The translations under genes were made by a program, and so were the position numbers. Positions 16,154-25,600 of a stretch of DNA of 32,000 nt are shown one piece after another. Every line of letters starts with the position of its first letter. The first letter of the stretch is position 1. The notes under the pieces were generated by a model. The model did not search any database. It was not told the origin of the DNA and worked only from the letters and a program-made list of their open reading frames with translations. Source of the DNA: Marinilabiliaceae bacterium. Lineage in GTDB: Bacteria; Bacteroidota; Bacteroidia; Bacteroidales; Marinilabiliaceae. The stretch is from positions 3,807 through 35,806 of the forward strand of contig JAEINY010000038.1 in NCBI GenBank assembly GCA_016342595.1, read 5' to 3'.

Positions 16154-18829
16154 TCAATAACCAATTACCGTATCTAGAACATGTAATGCCACCTTATAGT
16201 CTTCGGTTTTCACTTTTAATGCAGTTGCTTCTTCTACTGCATAGTATTCATCCTGATGTTCCTCTAATTGCTCAATCAATTTACTGATATCATGATCGCC
16301 ATTCCCATTGCTATGATTGACCAAATGTTGAACCATAAAGCTTGAATATGCTTCATCTAACCAAATGTTTTTGCTATTTGAATTGGAATACTTACGAATG
16401 AGCAGATTTTTGGCTAGTAGGTATCTGTAATAAAACACTCTTATTTGCCGTGGGGTCACGTTTTTCAACAATCGAATCTTCTCTCTGAGAAATGCGACTT
16501 CTTCTTTGGTTAACTTGCCATTTAAATTCCTGATACCAGCTTCTTCTTCAGCGTTTGTGTTAGATGTATTATTAATTTGTTTTACTTCGTTACTAACCGA
16601 ATCCTCCATTGTCAGCTGATCTTCTTCATTTGAAATGGTATCTTCAAATTCAGTTTCTCCACCATTTTCACTAAGTTTTTCTAATTCTGCTGATTCTCTA
16701 TCTTCCTTTGTTAGCTCCAAAAAGAACTCATCTTTATTTTCAGGAGTCAGTTCGTGCAGTTTTAAACCCAGAATAAAAAGTTTATCGATGTATTCGGACA
16801 CCAATAGGTCGATATTCGTTGATTCATCGTTTGACTTCACCAATGTGTCGTACTTATGTCGTATTGCTCTTTTTAACAATCGTTCATCAATCGCAGCGAC
16901 CACAATTAGTTTCCTGGCCAATTCATTATCGTCTAACATCACTCTTAAAGAATCAATTATCTGAATGATTCGTTCTTCGGAGCAGCGATCTATGTCATCT
17001 ACAAAGAGCAGTATTTTACGATCTTTTTTACACCATGCTTTTACAAGGTGTTTTAATTCTTTTTGAACTTCGGCCTGTACTCCTAAAACATTTGAAAAGG
17101 AAGTTTTTCCATAGTATTTTTCAAATAACTCCCTGGCCGAGTTGTTGTATTTAAAGTAGAGAACAAGCGAACTGACAACAGTACTGAAACCTATTGCACT
17201 TACAATTCTATAAACAAAATATACTCTGTCCAGTGGCGGAATAAAGAATGTGATTAATGATGATAGAATAACTGATACAAAGAACCAAATTGCTTTGCTT
17301 ATGCCTATCCTGGCAAAATTTAGTTTAAACCTTCTTAACGGGCTTTTCCAAAATTTAAACCAAGAGTCTTTAGGGTCTTTGTAATAGGCGGATGCGAACT
17401 GTTCATACAGGTAAGCCCAAATAGCCGGTGTTTCCTGGTATTTCCAGGCATGAAAATCAACTCTGGCAAACTTATCATCTTTCTGAAAGCAGTTCCAGGT
17501 TTGATTCATTAAGAAGGTCTTGCCACGGCCCCACTCTCCAAAAATACCAATCATGCGGCCTTGTTCGTAGGGCATCTTTTTGATTATTTCACAAAGCTCT
17601 TCGGCAATGTCTTTTACGCCAATGACACCGTTCAGTGCTTCTTTATCTCGGAAGAGGACATCTGTTTTTTTGAATTTGATTGAGTTATTCTTTGCTATAA
17701 TGTCCCCATCAAAAGAAATAGCGCTTTCTAACTTTTTTGTATTATCAAAATAATCAAGAACTCTAAGTTTCGTTTTATCTTCGAAGAATCTTAAAAAACG
17801 ATTAATTATACTAAGCAATTGCAAACCAGAACCAAAGTTTCTTAATAAAATAATGTTGTAAACATTAGGCAAATCAACTCCTGTTGTCAATAGGTCTACA
17901 GATGTTAACACCCTAATATCTCTAACCCTCCTAAATTCTGAAAGAATATGCTGATTATCCCTGTTTGATTGAGAACTAATTATTGCTTTGGAGTATTGTT
18001 CATTGTTTGTGATACTATTCAACTTTTCAGATAATCTCGTTGCAAACTCTTGATTAGAACAAAATATAACCGTTTGTTGGTCATTAATTTCATTTACTAT
18101 TGATTTGGCTAAGATACTGAGGCTTGAATCATTGTTATAAAATGCATCAGACTTATTAATAGAGGTTGAACTGATACTATCCACTCCTAAAGAAGGTGTA
18201 TCTATATCTGATAATGTATTTATTCTGGAATATTCATATGGAAGAAGATACTTATCTTCAATTGCTTTTTGTAATGAATATCTATATACAAGACCTCCAA
18301 AGAATGATCTAGATTTATCTGGGAACGCATCTATTCCCATAATTGTAGCCGTAGTGAAATGCTCTAAGATCCCCTGAGTTTGACTGTTTTCTTTACCTAC
18401 TCCTAGAAACTCGCATTCAAAAAGTACAATTAATTTAAATGTATCAGACTTGAATTCCTTTAAGACATCAGACTTAGCTAATAATCTACCTATTGTTAGC
18501 ACCGTAATTATTGAATCAGATCTTTCGTCACCCAAAGATGAACTGTCTCTTACTTTATCTTCGCCAAAGAGATTAATAATGCTGGGATTAAAAACACGTT
18601 TAATCTCATTTTTAATTTGTATTTCCTGTAGCTTCGTAGCCACTACTAAAAGTGTTTTTCCTTTGTAGATGTTTGTAATTGAAGCGTAATATTCCTTTAA
18701 AATTTGTAATACTGTGTGATTTCCTCCAACCCCATGTGGAAATTGGAGAAGGATTCTCTTTTGCTTTTCAATAAGCGGGACCACCTTTTTAATGGCTTCA
18801 ATTTGGAAGTATCTAAGTTCGCTTTTCAA
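16154..18829 (-). CDS. Fusion protein: degenerate SF2 helicase-like N-terminal half and KAP-family P-loop NTPase with an intradomain TM hairpin
   Basis: Helicase layout in aa 1-350, but motif I reads PHGVGGNHT and motif II LFECEF. TTGVDLP is kept. KAP half: GEWGRGKT (aa 431-438), hydrophobic helices at aa ~510-531 and ~537-558, LLFVDDIDRC (aa 607-616), and TPRQIRVFYYRY near the C-terminus. Confidence 0.75.
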   Translation of the reverse strand: MKSELRYFQIEAIKKVVPLIEKQKRILLQFPHGVGGNHTVLQILKEYYASITNIYKGKTLLVVATKLQEIQIKNEIKRVFNPSIINLFGEDKVRDSSSLGDERSDSIITVLTIGRLLAKSDVLKEFKSDTFKLIVLFECEFLGVGKENSQTQGILEHFTTATIMGIDAFPDKSRSFFGGLVYRYSLQKAIEDKYLLPYEYSRINTLSDIDTPSLGVDSISSTSINKSDAFYNNDSSLSILAKSIVNEINDQQTVIFCSNQEFATRLSEKLNSITNNEQYSKAIISSQSNRDNQHILSEFRRVRDIRVLTSVDLLTTGVDLPNVYNIILLRNFGSGLQLLSIINRFLRFFEDKTKLRVLDYFDNTKKLESAISFDGDIIAKNNSIKFKKTDVLFRDKEALNGVIGVKDIAEELCEIIKKMPYEQGRMIGIFGEWGRGKTFLMNQTWNCFQKDDKFARVDFHAWKYQETPAIWAYLYEQFASAYYKDPKDSWFKFWKSPLRRFKLNFARIGISKAIWFFVSVILSSLITFFIPPLDRVYFVYRIVSAIGFSTVVSSLVLYFKYNNSARELFEKYYGKTSFSNVLGVQAEVQKELKHLVKAWCKKDRKILLFVDDIDRCSEERIIQIIDSLRVMLDDNELARKLIVVAAIDERLLKRAIRHKYDTLVKSNDESTNIDLLVSEYIDKLFILGLKLHELTPENKDEFFLELTKEDRESAELEKLSENGGETEFEDTISNEEDQLTMEDSVSNEVKQINNTSNTNAEEEAGIRNLNGKLTKEEVAFLREKIRLLKNVTPRQIRVFYYRYLLAKNLLIRKYSNSNSKNIWLDEAYSSFMVQHLVNHSNGNGDHDISKLIEQLEEHQDEYYAVEEATALKVKTEDYKVALHVLDTVIGY

Positions 18830-18954
18830 AATATTTGGATTACTTATGATTATTCTTCTCTTCAGTTAATATGCTATGATGGTCTGGTACCAATAAAACT
18901 CTCTTTTTTATGCAGATATTACTGGAGCAACTTTCTCATGGAAGCTTCATACTA

Positions 18955-20253
18955 TTAAACGACCTGATCTAGTTTTATCTCCATCCATTCCAGGATCAGC
19001 TCATCGGCAATGGTTCTTTGCCAGGTTATCATAGTTTCATCCGGTTCGATAGATAATACACTGCACTCTTTATCTGATAGATTTACACCTGAGGTTTCGT
19101 AATATTTGCCTGAACAAACAGTGGATTTTCCCGGGTAGACCAATGCTACTTTTTGAGCATTGAAATATTGGTGGTAAACATACAACTGCCTCAGGTGATC
19201 GGGCGATGGAACACTTCCTCCCAAATTCTTCCATTTGGTATCGAGGATAAAATGTTTCACCTTTTCTTCCGGATGCTTCTTAATGGTAGATACGAGAATG
19301 TCCGGTCTCATGGTAGAATTTCTGCCACTTTCTGAGTGCCAAAACTTTTTGGATGATTGTTCTTTTACCCATAAATGGCCCCTACCGTATTTTCTCAGGC
19401 TTACATATATGAACTTCTCCCATAGTTTATTCATGTCGAACATTAATGAAAGTACATCTTTTTGGCCTTTACTTACATCGGGATGGTAGTTGAGCAATAA
19501 GAGGCGTGCTATCTCAATGGCATTTTGATAGCCTTTGTTTTTTCGGTTAAAAACTATTTTCTCAAAAGTTGCCTCTGCCACGTTGAAGTCAGGCATCTCC
19601 GGAAAATTCAGAGACAATGCCCCCAACTTACTATTCAATTGAGCATTACTGTTTATCTGCTGAATCAGCTTTAAAGTCTTGTAGATGATCTGGTGAATAA
19701 GATGTTGTTGGTCGTAGGTTGTATATTTGACGAAGAACCTTTCCTGATGCACCAGGTTTTTTTGCAGGTGCTTTCCAAAGTGTAAGGCACCTTTAAGTGC
19801 TGTACTATTTCCTTCTGTCTTCCGGTATTTTTTTATGAGCCCTTTGTGTAACAGGTATTCCACCTCTTTGATAAAGAGTTCGAAATAGAGATCGAGAATA
19901 AAATTGGATTTCAGGCTTAAGGCAGAAGAGGTGGGTGCTTTGATATCAAAAGCACCTACCGCTTTTAGCATGCCGATCAATATCTTACGCCATTGATCCT
20001 TTTTTCTATACCGGTCGGCTTTTGGAAGTACTTCAATAATCAGATTACCTACCTGCAGCACCCCTACGAATTCATTGAATTTAACACCTTTGTGAATGAG
20101 ATTAAAATAGGGCACACCTTTTCCATGGAACTTTTCCAATGCCTCATGATGTTTGGCTGTGAATATTATTTTATCGTAGGTATCACCCACTTTTAGTGAC
20201 TGATGTTCGAATACCGGGATTCTTTGAAATTGGCTAGTTGGCATTGTAGTCAA
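18955..20253 (-). CDS. mcrC: McrC-like nuclease subunit
   Basis: 432 aa, overlapping the McrB stop by 20 nt. C-terminal PD-(D/E)xK signature RPDILVS...FILDTKWK. Confidence 0.85.
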   Translation of the reverse strand: MTTMPTSQFQRIPVFEHQSLKVGDTYDKIIFTAKHHEALEKFHGKGVPYFNLIHKGVKFNEFVGVLQVGNLIIEVLPKADRYRKKDQWRKILIGMLKAVGAFDIKAPTSSALSLKSNFILDLYFELFIKEVEYLLHKGLIKKYRKTEGNSTALKGALHFGKHLQKNLVHQERFFVKYTTYDQQHLIHQIIYKTLKLIQQINSNAQLNSKLGALSLNFPEMPDFNVAEATFEKIVFNRKNKGYQNAIEIARLLLLNYHPDVSKGQKDVLSLMFDMNKLWEKFIYVSLRKYGRGHLWVKEQSSKKFWHSESGRNSTMRPDILVSTIKKHPEEKVKHFILDTKWKNLGGSVPSPDHLRQLYVYHQYFNAQKVALVYPGKSTVCSGKYYETSGVNLSDKECSVLSIEPDETMITWQRTIADELILEWMEIKLDQVV

Positions 20254-22639
20254 TTTCGTTCATTAACTTTCTTAGAGCATCTTTAAAGCTTTCCACACTC
20301 ATAGCTAAAGGATCAGAAATGGTGTACATGGTTTGCTCAAGGAAGCCATCTGTATCGTAATCGCTGGTCACTTTTGCAAAAACTGAATTCCCGTTACTTG
20401 CATCCGCTTTTTCACCTTTGCAGAAACCTTCGCCCAATACCAATGCAATTTTACCATAATCGCCATAGAAATATTCCTGCAGCAATGGAATGATCTCATT
20501 ACTAAAAGAAGCTTGCAGACTTTCTTCATTATGTACTTTCATAAAGAAACTATGGCCAATCAAGTGATCTTTGTCCAGAAGGATGTTGATTCGATTATTG
20601 ATGATGTTTAGCATTTTAGGCAAATCAACTTCATAGTCTCCAATTGATATTTTAGCGTCTGCTTCTTTAAGTTTCCCGTGTTCTCTAATTAAACCGGCAT
20701 CTGGTGGCATTTCTGTAAAGCTAAAACGACGGCGTAAGGCTGTATCCAATGCTTCCACACTGCGGTCGGCCGTGTTCATGGTACCAATGATGTGGAGGTT
20801 TTGAGGCACCCCAAATTCTTTTTTGCTATATGGCAAGGTTACTTTTAGGGCTTCTTCTTTCCCCAGGCGTTTGTTTTCTTCAATAAGAGTGATGAGCTCT
20901 CCAAAAATGGCAGATACATTTCCCCGGTTTATTTCATCAATGATGAGGACGTATTTTTGATTCGAATTGTCGTGTATTTCCTCAGTGAAGTCAGAGGCAT
21001 TAAGGATTTCATTAATTACAACAGCTTCATAAGATTTGTAAATTGGATCTTTACCTTCAAACAATACCTGTTTAAGTTCATTGAAAGACAGACTCATTGG
21101 AGTTTTCTTTTCCCCTGCTTTTACAACGATCGTATTATTCGAGTTTTTATACAGTTTGAAAGATGTTTTGTCATGGACAGTTTTAAGTATTACAGTTGAA
21201 TCTGAAGCGGTATGTAGCGGTAATGAATCTGCAAAACTTTGATAGTATTCTCTAAAGATATCGAGTGTCAACTCTGTCAGTTCATCTTCAATTTGAATTT
21301 TAATATTTTTAGATTGAGTAGCTTCTTTACAAATAAGCTTGAAAACTCCACCTTCCACGGTGTATGTCACCTGCTGACCTTCCTCCTTGGGCTCCTGGGG
21401 TTTGATACCTTCCACAAAATCTTCATAACTCATACTTTGGTGAAAGGTGATGAATACGATTTGGTTGTTATCTACCAGACGGTCGTATTCGTGTTTGATT
21501 ATTTTCCATTCCCGATCCAATTTGAAATCCGGATTGATGATTTCAATGGCTTTTTTTATTGAGTTATAGGTTTTACCGGTTCCGGGAGGGCCGAAGAGGA
21601 TTTGGTTGAGGGGGTGGTTCATGCTTTTTGTATCTGATTCATTAATTTTTTGTGTTGCAGCTTTGGAATGATGGGATCCATTGGACATTAAAAATGGTGA
21701 TAAGTTATCTTGTCTAGGGTAATCGAAGCCGTCAATGGTATTTAGTTTTTCTCTTGAGACGGGTGGTGAAACTTTTTTAAAGTCGCTGCATAAGAAGACA
21801 ATTTTTGCAGATTTGTTATCATCAGCATACTGATCCATTGATTTCCTGAAGTGTAATATTTCATTTTTCTCAGGCCAAGATCTGAGGTGCTCATCTTTGG
21901 TTGCTATTTTTATTATTCGTGCTGTGTAGGTTAGTTCTTTATTCTGAATGTAGGATAAGTCAAAATACCCGAATCTTTTTATCGTTTCATTTAGCTCCTT
22001 TATGGTTTTATTGGTGCCAGATGGTTTTTTACTGTTCCAAATTGTGGAATATTGACCATTCGAGCTTTCACGCTCTTCAATGTGATCATCATGCCATCCC
22101 GTATTGTCAGAGGCTAATAAACCAACTCTTTGTTCTGAAATAGATAGTATTTCAGGAACTGATGGTTTGATTTTACTTTCATAGAAGTCTATTATCTTTT
22201 TAGAAAGGTCATCATAACTATTGAATTCTAATATTTCATCGAAACTAAAATTGGATTCAACTCCCTTAACTTTTCTGAAATTTAATAGTTCACCTCTTTT
22301 ATTTAGTTCTTCATCCCATGTGTCAGAGTCAATTCTTAAGTAAAAATCGTCTTCAACTGAATAGGCTAATGAAATATCCAGGTTAGCCCATTTTTCAGTT
22401 GGGTAAACACGGTACCAGAGGTAATTTTTGATGTTTTTCCCGGTTGGAACAGGATTCCAGGTTTTGCTGTCTTTCTTGTAATTAAATGCATTTAAAGTTT
22501 CTTTAAGAAGATTTGTCAGATATTCTAGCTTCTTATGAAGTTGATTTATTAATTCGAGATCTTCTGAGGAAACCTGTTTTTGGTTTGTCCCTTTGTTATT
22601 TTTAAATGCATTGAGCTCTGCAAGTGTTATATATTCCAT
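20234..22639 (-). CDS. mcrB: McrB-like AAA+ GTPase subunit with a ~340-aa non-canonical N-terminal region
   Basis: ILFGPPGTGKTY (Walker A), YVLIIDEINRGNVSAIFGELITLIE, and IIGTMNTADRSVEALDTALRRRFSF are McrB hallmarks. The N-terminal 340 aa were not recognised. Confidence 0.9.
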   Translation of the reverse strand: MEYITLAELNAFKNNKGTNQKQVSSEDLELINQLHKKLEYLTNLLKETLNAFNYKKDSKTWNPVPTGKNIKNYLWYRVYPTEKWANLDISLAYSVEDDFYLRIDSDTWDEELNKRGELLNFRKVKGVESNFSFDEILEFNSYDDLSKKIIDFYESKIKPSVPEILSISEQRVGLLASDNTGWHDDHIEERESSNGQYSTIWNSKKPSGTNKTIKELNETIKRFGYFDLSYIQNKELTYTARIIKIATKDEHLRSWPEKNEILHFRKSMDQYADDNKSAKIVFLCSDFKKVSPPVSREKLNTIDGFDYPRQDNLSPFLMSNGSHHSKAATQKINESDTKSMNHPLNQILFGPPGTGKTYNSIKKAIEIINPDFKLDREWKIIKHEYDRLVDNNQIVFITFHQSMSYEDFVEGIKPQEPKEEGQQVTYTVEGGVFKLICKEATQSKNIKIQIEDELTELTLDIFREYYQSFADSLPLHTASDSTVILKTVHDKTSFKLYKNSNNTIVVKAGEKKTPMSLSFNELKQVLFEGKDPIYKSYEAVVINEILNASDFTEEIHDNSNQKYVLIIDEINRGNVSAIFGELITLIEENKRLGKEEALKVTLPYSKKEFGVPQNLHIIGTMNTADRSVEALDTALRRRFSFTEMPPDAGLIREHGKLKEADAKISIGDYEVDLPKMLNIINNRINILLDKDHLIGHSFFMKVHNEESLQASFSNEIIPLLQEYFYGDYGKIALVLGEGFCKGEKADASNGNSVFAKVTSDYDTDGFLEQTMYTISDPLAMSVESFKDALRKLMNEIDYNAN

Positions 22640-22686
22640 TTGTCTATTTTTTATCCTCTGTTATTAATATGAGTGGTGTTATGACA

Positions 22687-25600
22687 TTATTCCATTATTT
22701 GCTTTGTTTTTTTTGTGATTAATCTAATGATGTCACCTTCGATTTTATGGCTTGAGATAAATTGTTGTTTTTCCAGTAATGAAGCAAATTCTTTGTTTTC
22801 ATTGGTATGTTTAATTTTTGCATGTAGTCCTTTTTCTTTTGAGATAAGTGGAAAGTCACCGGGAAGTACATTCAACAAGCTCATGATTTGCTTTTTGGTG
22901 AAATGCTTAATTGAGCTATTAAGGATGACTACTTTTTCTTGGACGTTAAAATCTAAATTTAGAACTGAGTGAATAAACTCAAAGTCGCGTGTCCGGATTT
23001 CATTTTCAATGATGTATTCAACCAGCTTTTCGATAAGATGAGTATTGCTGATATCTAAGGCTACTATATTTATTTCTTCGATGAGCTGAATCTTATGCTT
23101 TTTATCCAGATTGCTTTCAAGAAGAACTGCATAATCCGAGTCAGTAATTGGTAGTTGAACTTTGTTGTCAAAAAACTCTAGAATTTCATATGACAAGAAA
23201 AGAATATGCAAATCATTATTATAGGTTTTGAGAGTTGTATAGTTTTGGGCATTAAGTTCTAAAAGAGAATGTACAACTAATATTTCCGCTAATTCAGTTG
23301 ATACGGTATCTTTATTAAAAGTCGGAAACTCCAAAGTAAAAGATTTTGCTAAAATATCAATAGTGCTGATCGATAGCTTGTTACTAAAGAGAATAACTTT
23401 TGCGAGTTCGGTTTCTTTATTGGAATCATTACAATCGCTGGCTTTTTGTTTGCTGAGTTGCTTTATACTATCGGCATTTTCAAGAAAATCTGTTAAAGTA
23501 TCATTTAGTTTAAATTCAAGGTGCTCATAATAAAGCCACACATTGCTCCAGGATGGATATACTTTTGAGTATTGAAATAACAATGGCCACAATTCTTTAT
23601 TTATCGGCGAAATATCATGCATATTGAATTCCAAATCATCAATAATTTCTTCTTTTTTATCAAGGGGTAATGATTGATTCAGGAGTAGACATATGTCATT
23701 GGCATCCATTTTAAATTCATTGATATCCTCTCGTAAAAAAGTATCCGTGTTTAATACAATAAATTGAATATGATGATCTAGGCCATATTCTTTTAAAAGC
23801 TTTTGATTGTTTACATTAAAATCCAGCGCTTTATTCTCAAGAATAATTTGGGCTCTTTCTTGAGTCATGTTTTCGATGTCAAAAGATGAAATTGTGATTG
23901 TATTGTGTTTCAGTAGTGCTTTTAGACTTTCCTCTTTAATTTCGGTAGTTTTAATGATTAATTCTGTCAATACCTGTGCCTCTGAAACAATCTCACCAGC
24001 CATGCTTGATTCAGAAAGAGCTTCGTAGTTTGCTTTTTTATTGAGGAAATCAACTAATTCTTGGTTTAGTTCTTCGGTATGGTTGTAATATGATGCTATA
24101 TTTTGCCAATTGGCTTCTACTTTACCATGCTTAATTAGAGGAATTAGAAGATCTTCATCCGTAATTTTTCTTAGGAAAGTTATTTTAGAATCGATCGAAT
24201 TAATAAGAGTTAGTTTATATTCGAAATGCATATCTCCATTCAGTATGGCAAGGAAAGCTTCAGGACTTTCTTTTTGTGGGCTATCAAATGTTGACCATAC
24301 ATTTTCATAGTAGGTATTTAAGTTAGCGTTTATGTAGGTGATTATATTCTTGTTGTTAGATTGAAGGATGCTGGAATAGTTTTGGGTTTTTAAATCATCC
24401 TTCAGATTCTTTGTTCCAGACTTATCCTCTGAAAGCATCAAATGCAGCATGTGAGGATTTATACCGTAAAAGTTATTTTCACAAATAAATGTTGCCAATT
24501 CATGATGACTTGTAAGTATCAGTTTTTCAAACTTAATATCAAGAACTGCAATGAGTTCAGCCAGTTCGCATCCTTGTGTCTTATTTTCAAACATAAACAA
24601 AAAGTCAGATTCTTGTTCGATGTATTCTTTAAAAGCATATCCAGAATTATTGGATATTTTCTCTAAATCATCTATTTGTAGTTGTGGGTTATTTAGTAAT
24701 AGCTGAATGTAGTATCGTTTGGCATTGAGTTTAGCACTAACGTTCTCGACAAAGCTCCAGAAATTAGGATGCCAAAGCAGTAAGGTGTTAATAAATTTGT
24801 TACACGTGTCAAATGCCTTTTCTTGTTGAAGATGATCTACGTATTGATCTATGAAATCATCAGCTTTTAGGGTATTTAACGAAAATTGTCTCATTAAAAG
24901 ATCCAATTTCATAGTATTGCCGGTTGACGAAAGAAGGTGAGATAGTAATGTAAAATTTAAGGCTGCATCGTTAATGAATTCTTTGTCATCAATTTCTTCT
25001 ATAATATTCTCAATATTGGTAAGTGGAATGTCAAAGGGTTGAGATTTCCAATTCTTTACGTTCATCACAAATTCATAATCCTGTTTGTTTAAAGAGCCTT
25101 CATGAAAAATGGAGATGTTGTGGTAGTAGTTTTCATCAATATAACCATGACGAATAACATAAATAAGAAGGTCATAGTTGTGGCCATTATGAGTCTGTTT
25201 TTTGTTTTTTTGTAATAACGTGTCGATCCATTTATTGTCAGTAGTTATTGATATTAGATCCTTTATGTGAAGCTTATTATGTCTTTCTTTAGATTTTTTC
25301 AGTTGAGCGATTTCTTGATTGAAACTAGAAATAGCCCCTTCCTGTTTTTGGGTGATTTTTGCTTTTCGCTGCTCATAGGTATTAGTTGGGTCTATACTAT
25401 TTTCAATCGATTTGAAATCCACGGAATAAGTATCATTATAACTACCACGGAATTGCATTCCAGTATTAACTAATATTTCAAAATTGTCGTCTTTGTTGAT
25501 TTCACTTATCGAAATGTTCTTTGAATTGTTAATTGTAAAATGCTTGATTTCATTGCGATAAGTACGAATTAAAACTTCAACAATATATTCTTGTTGGAGA

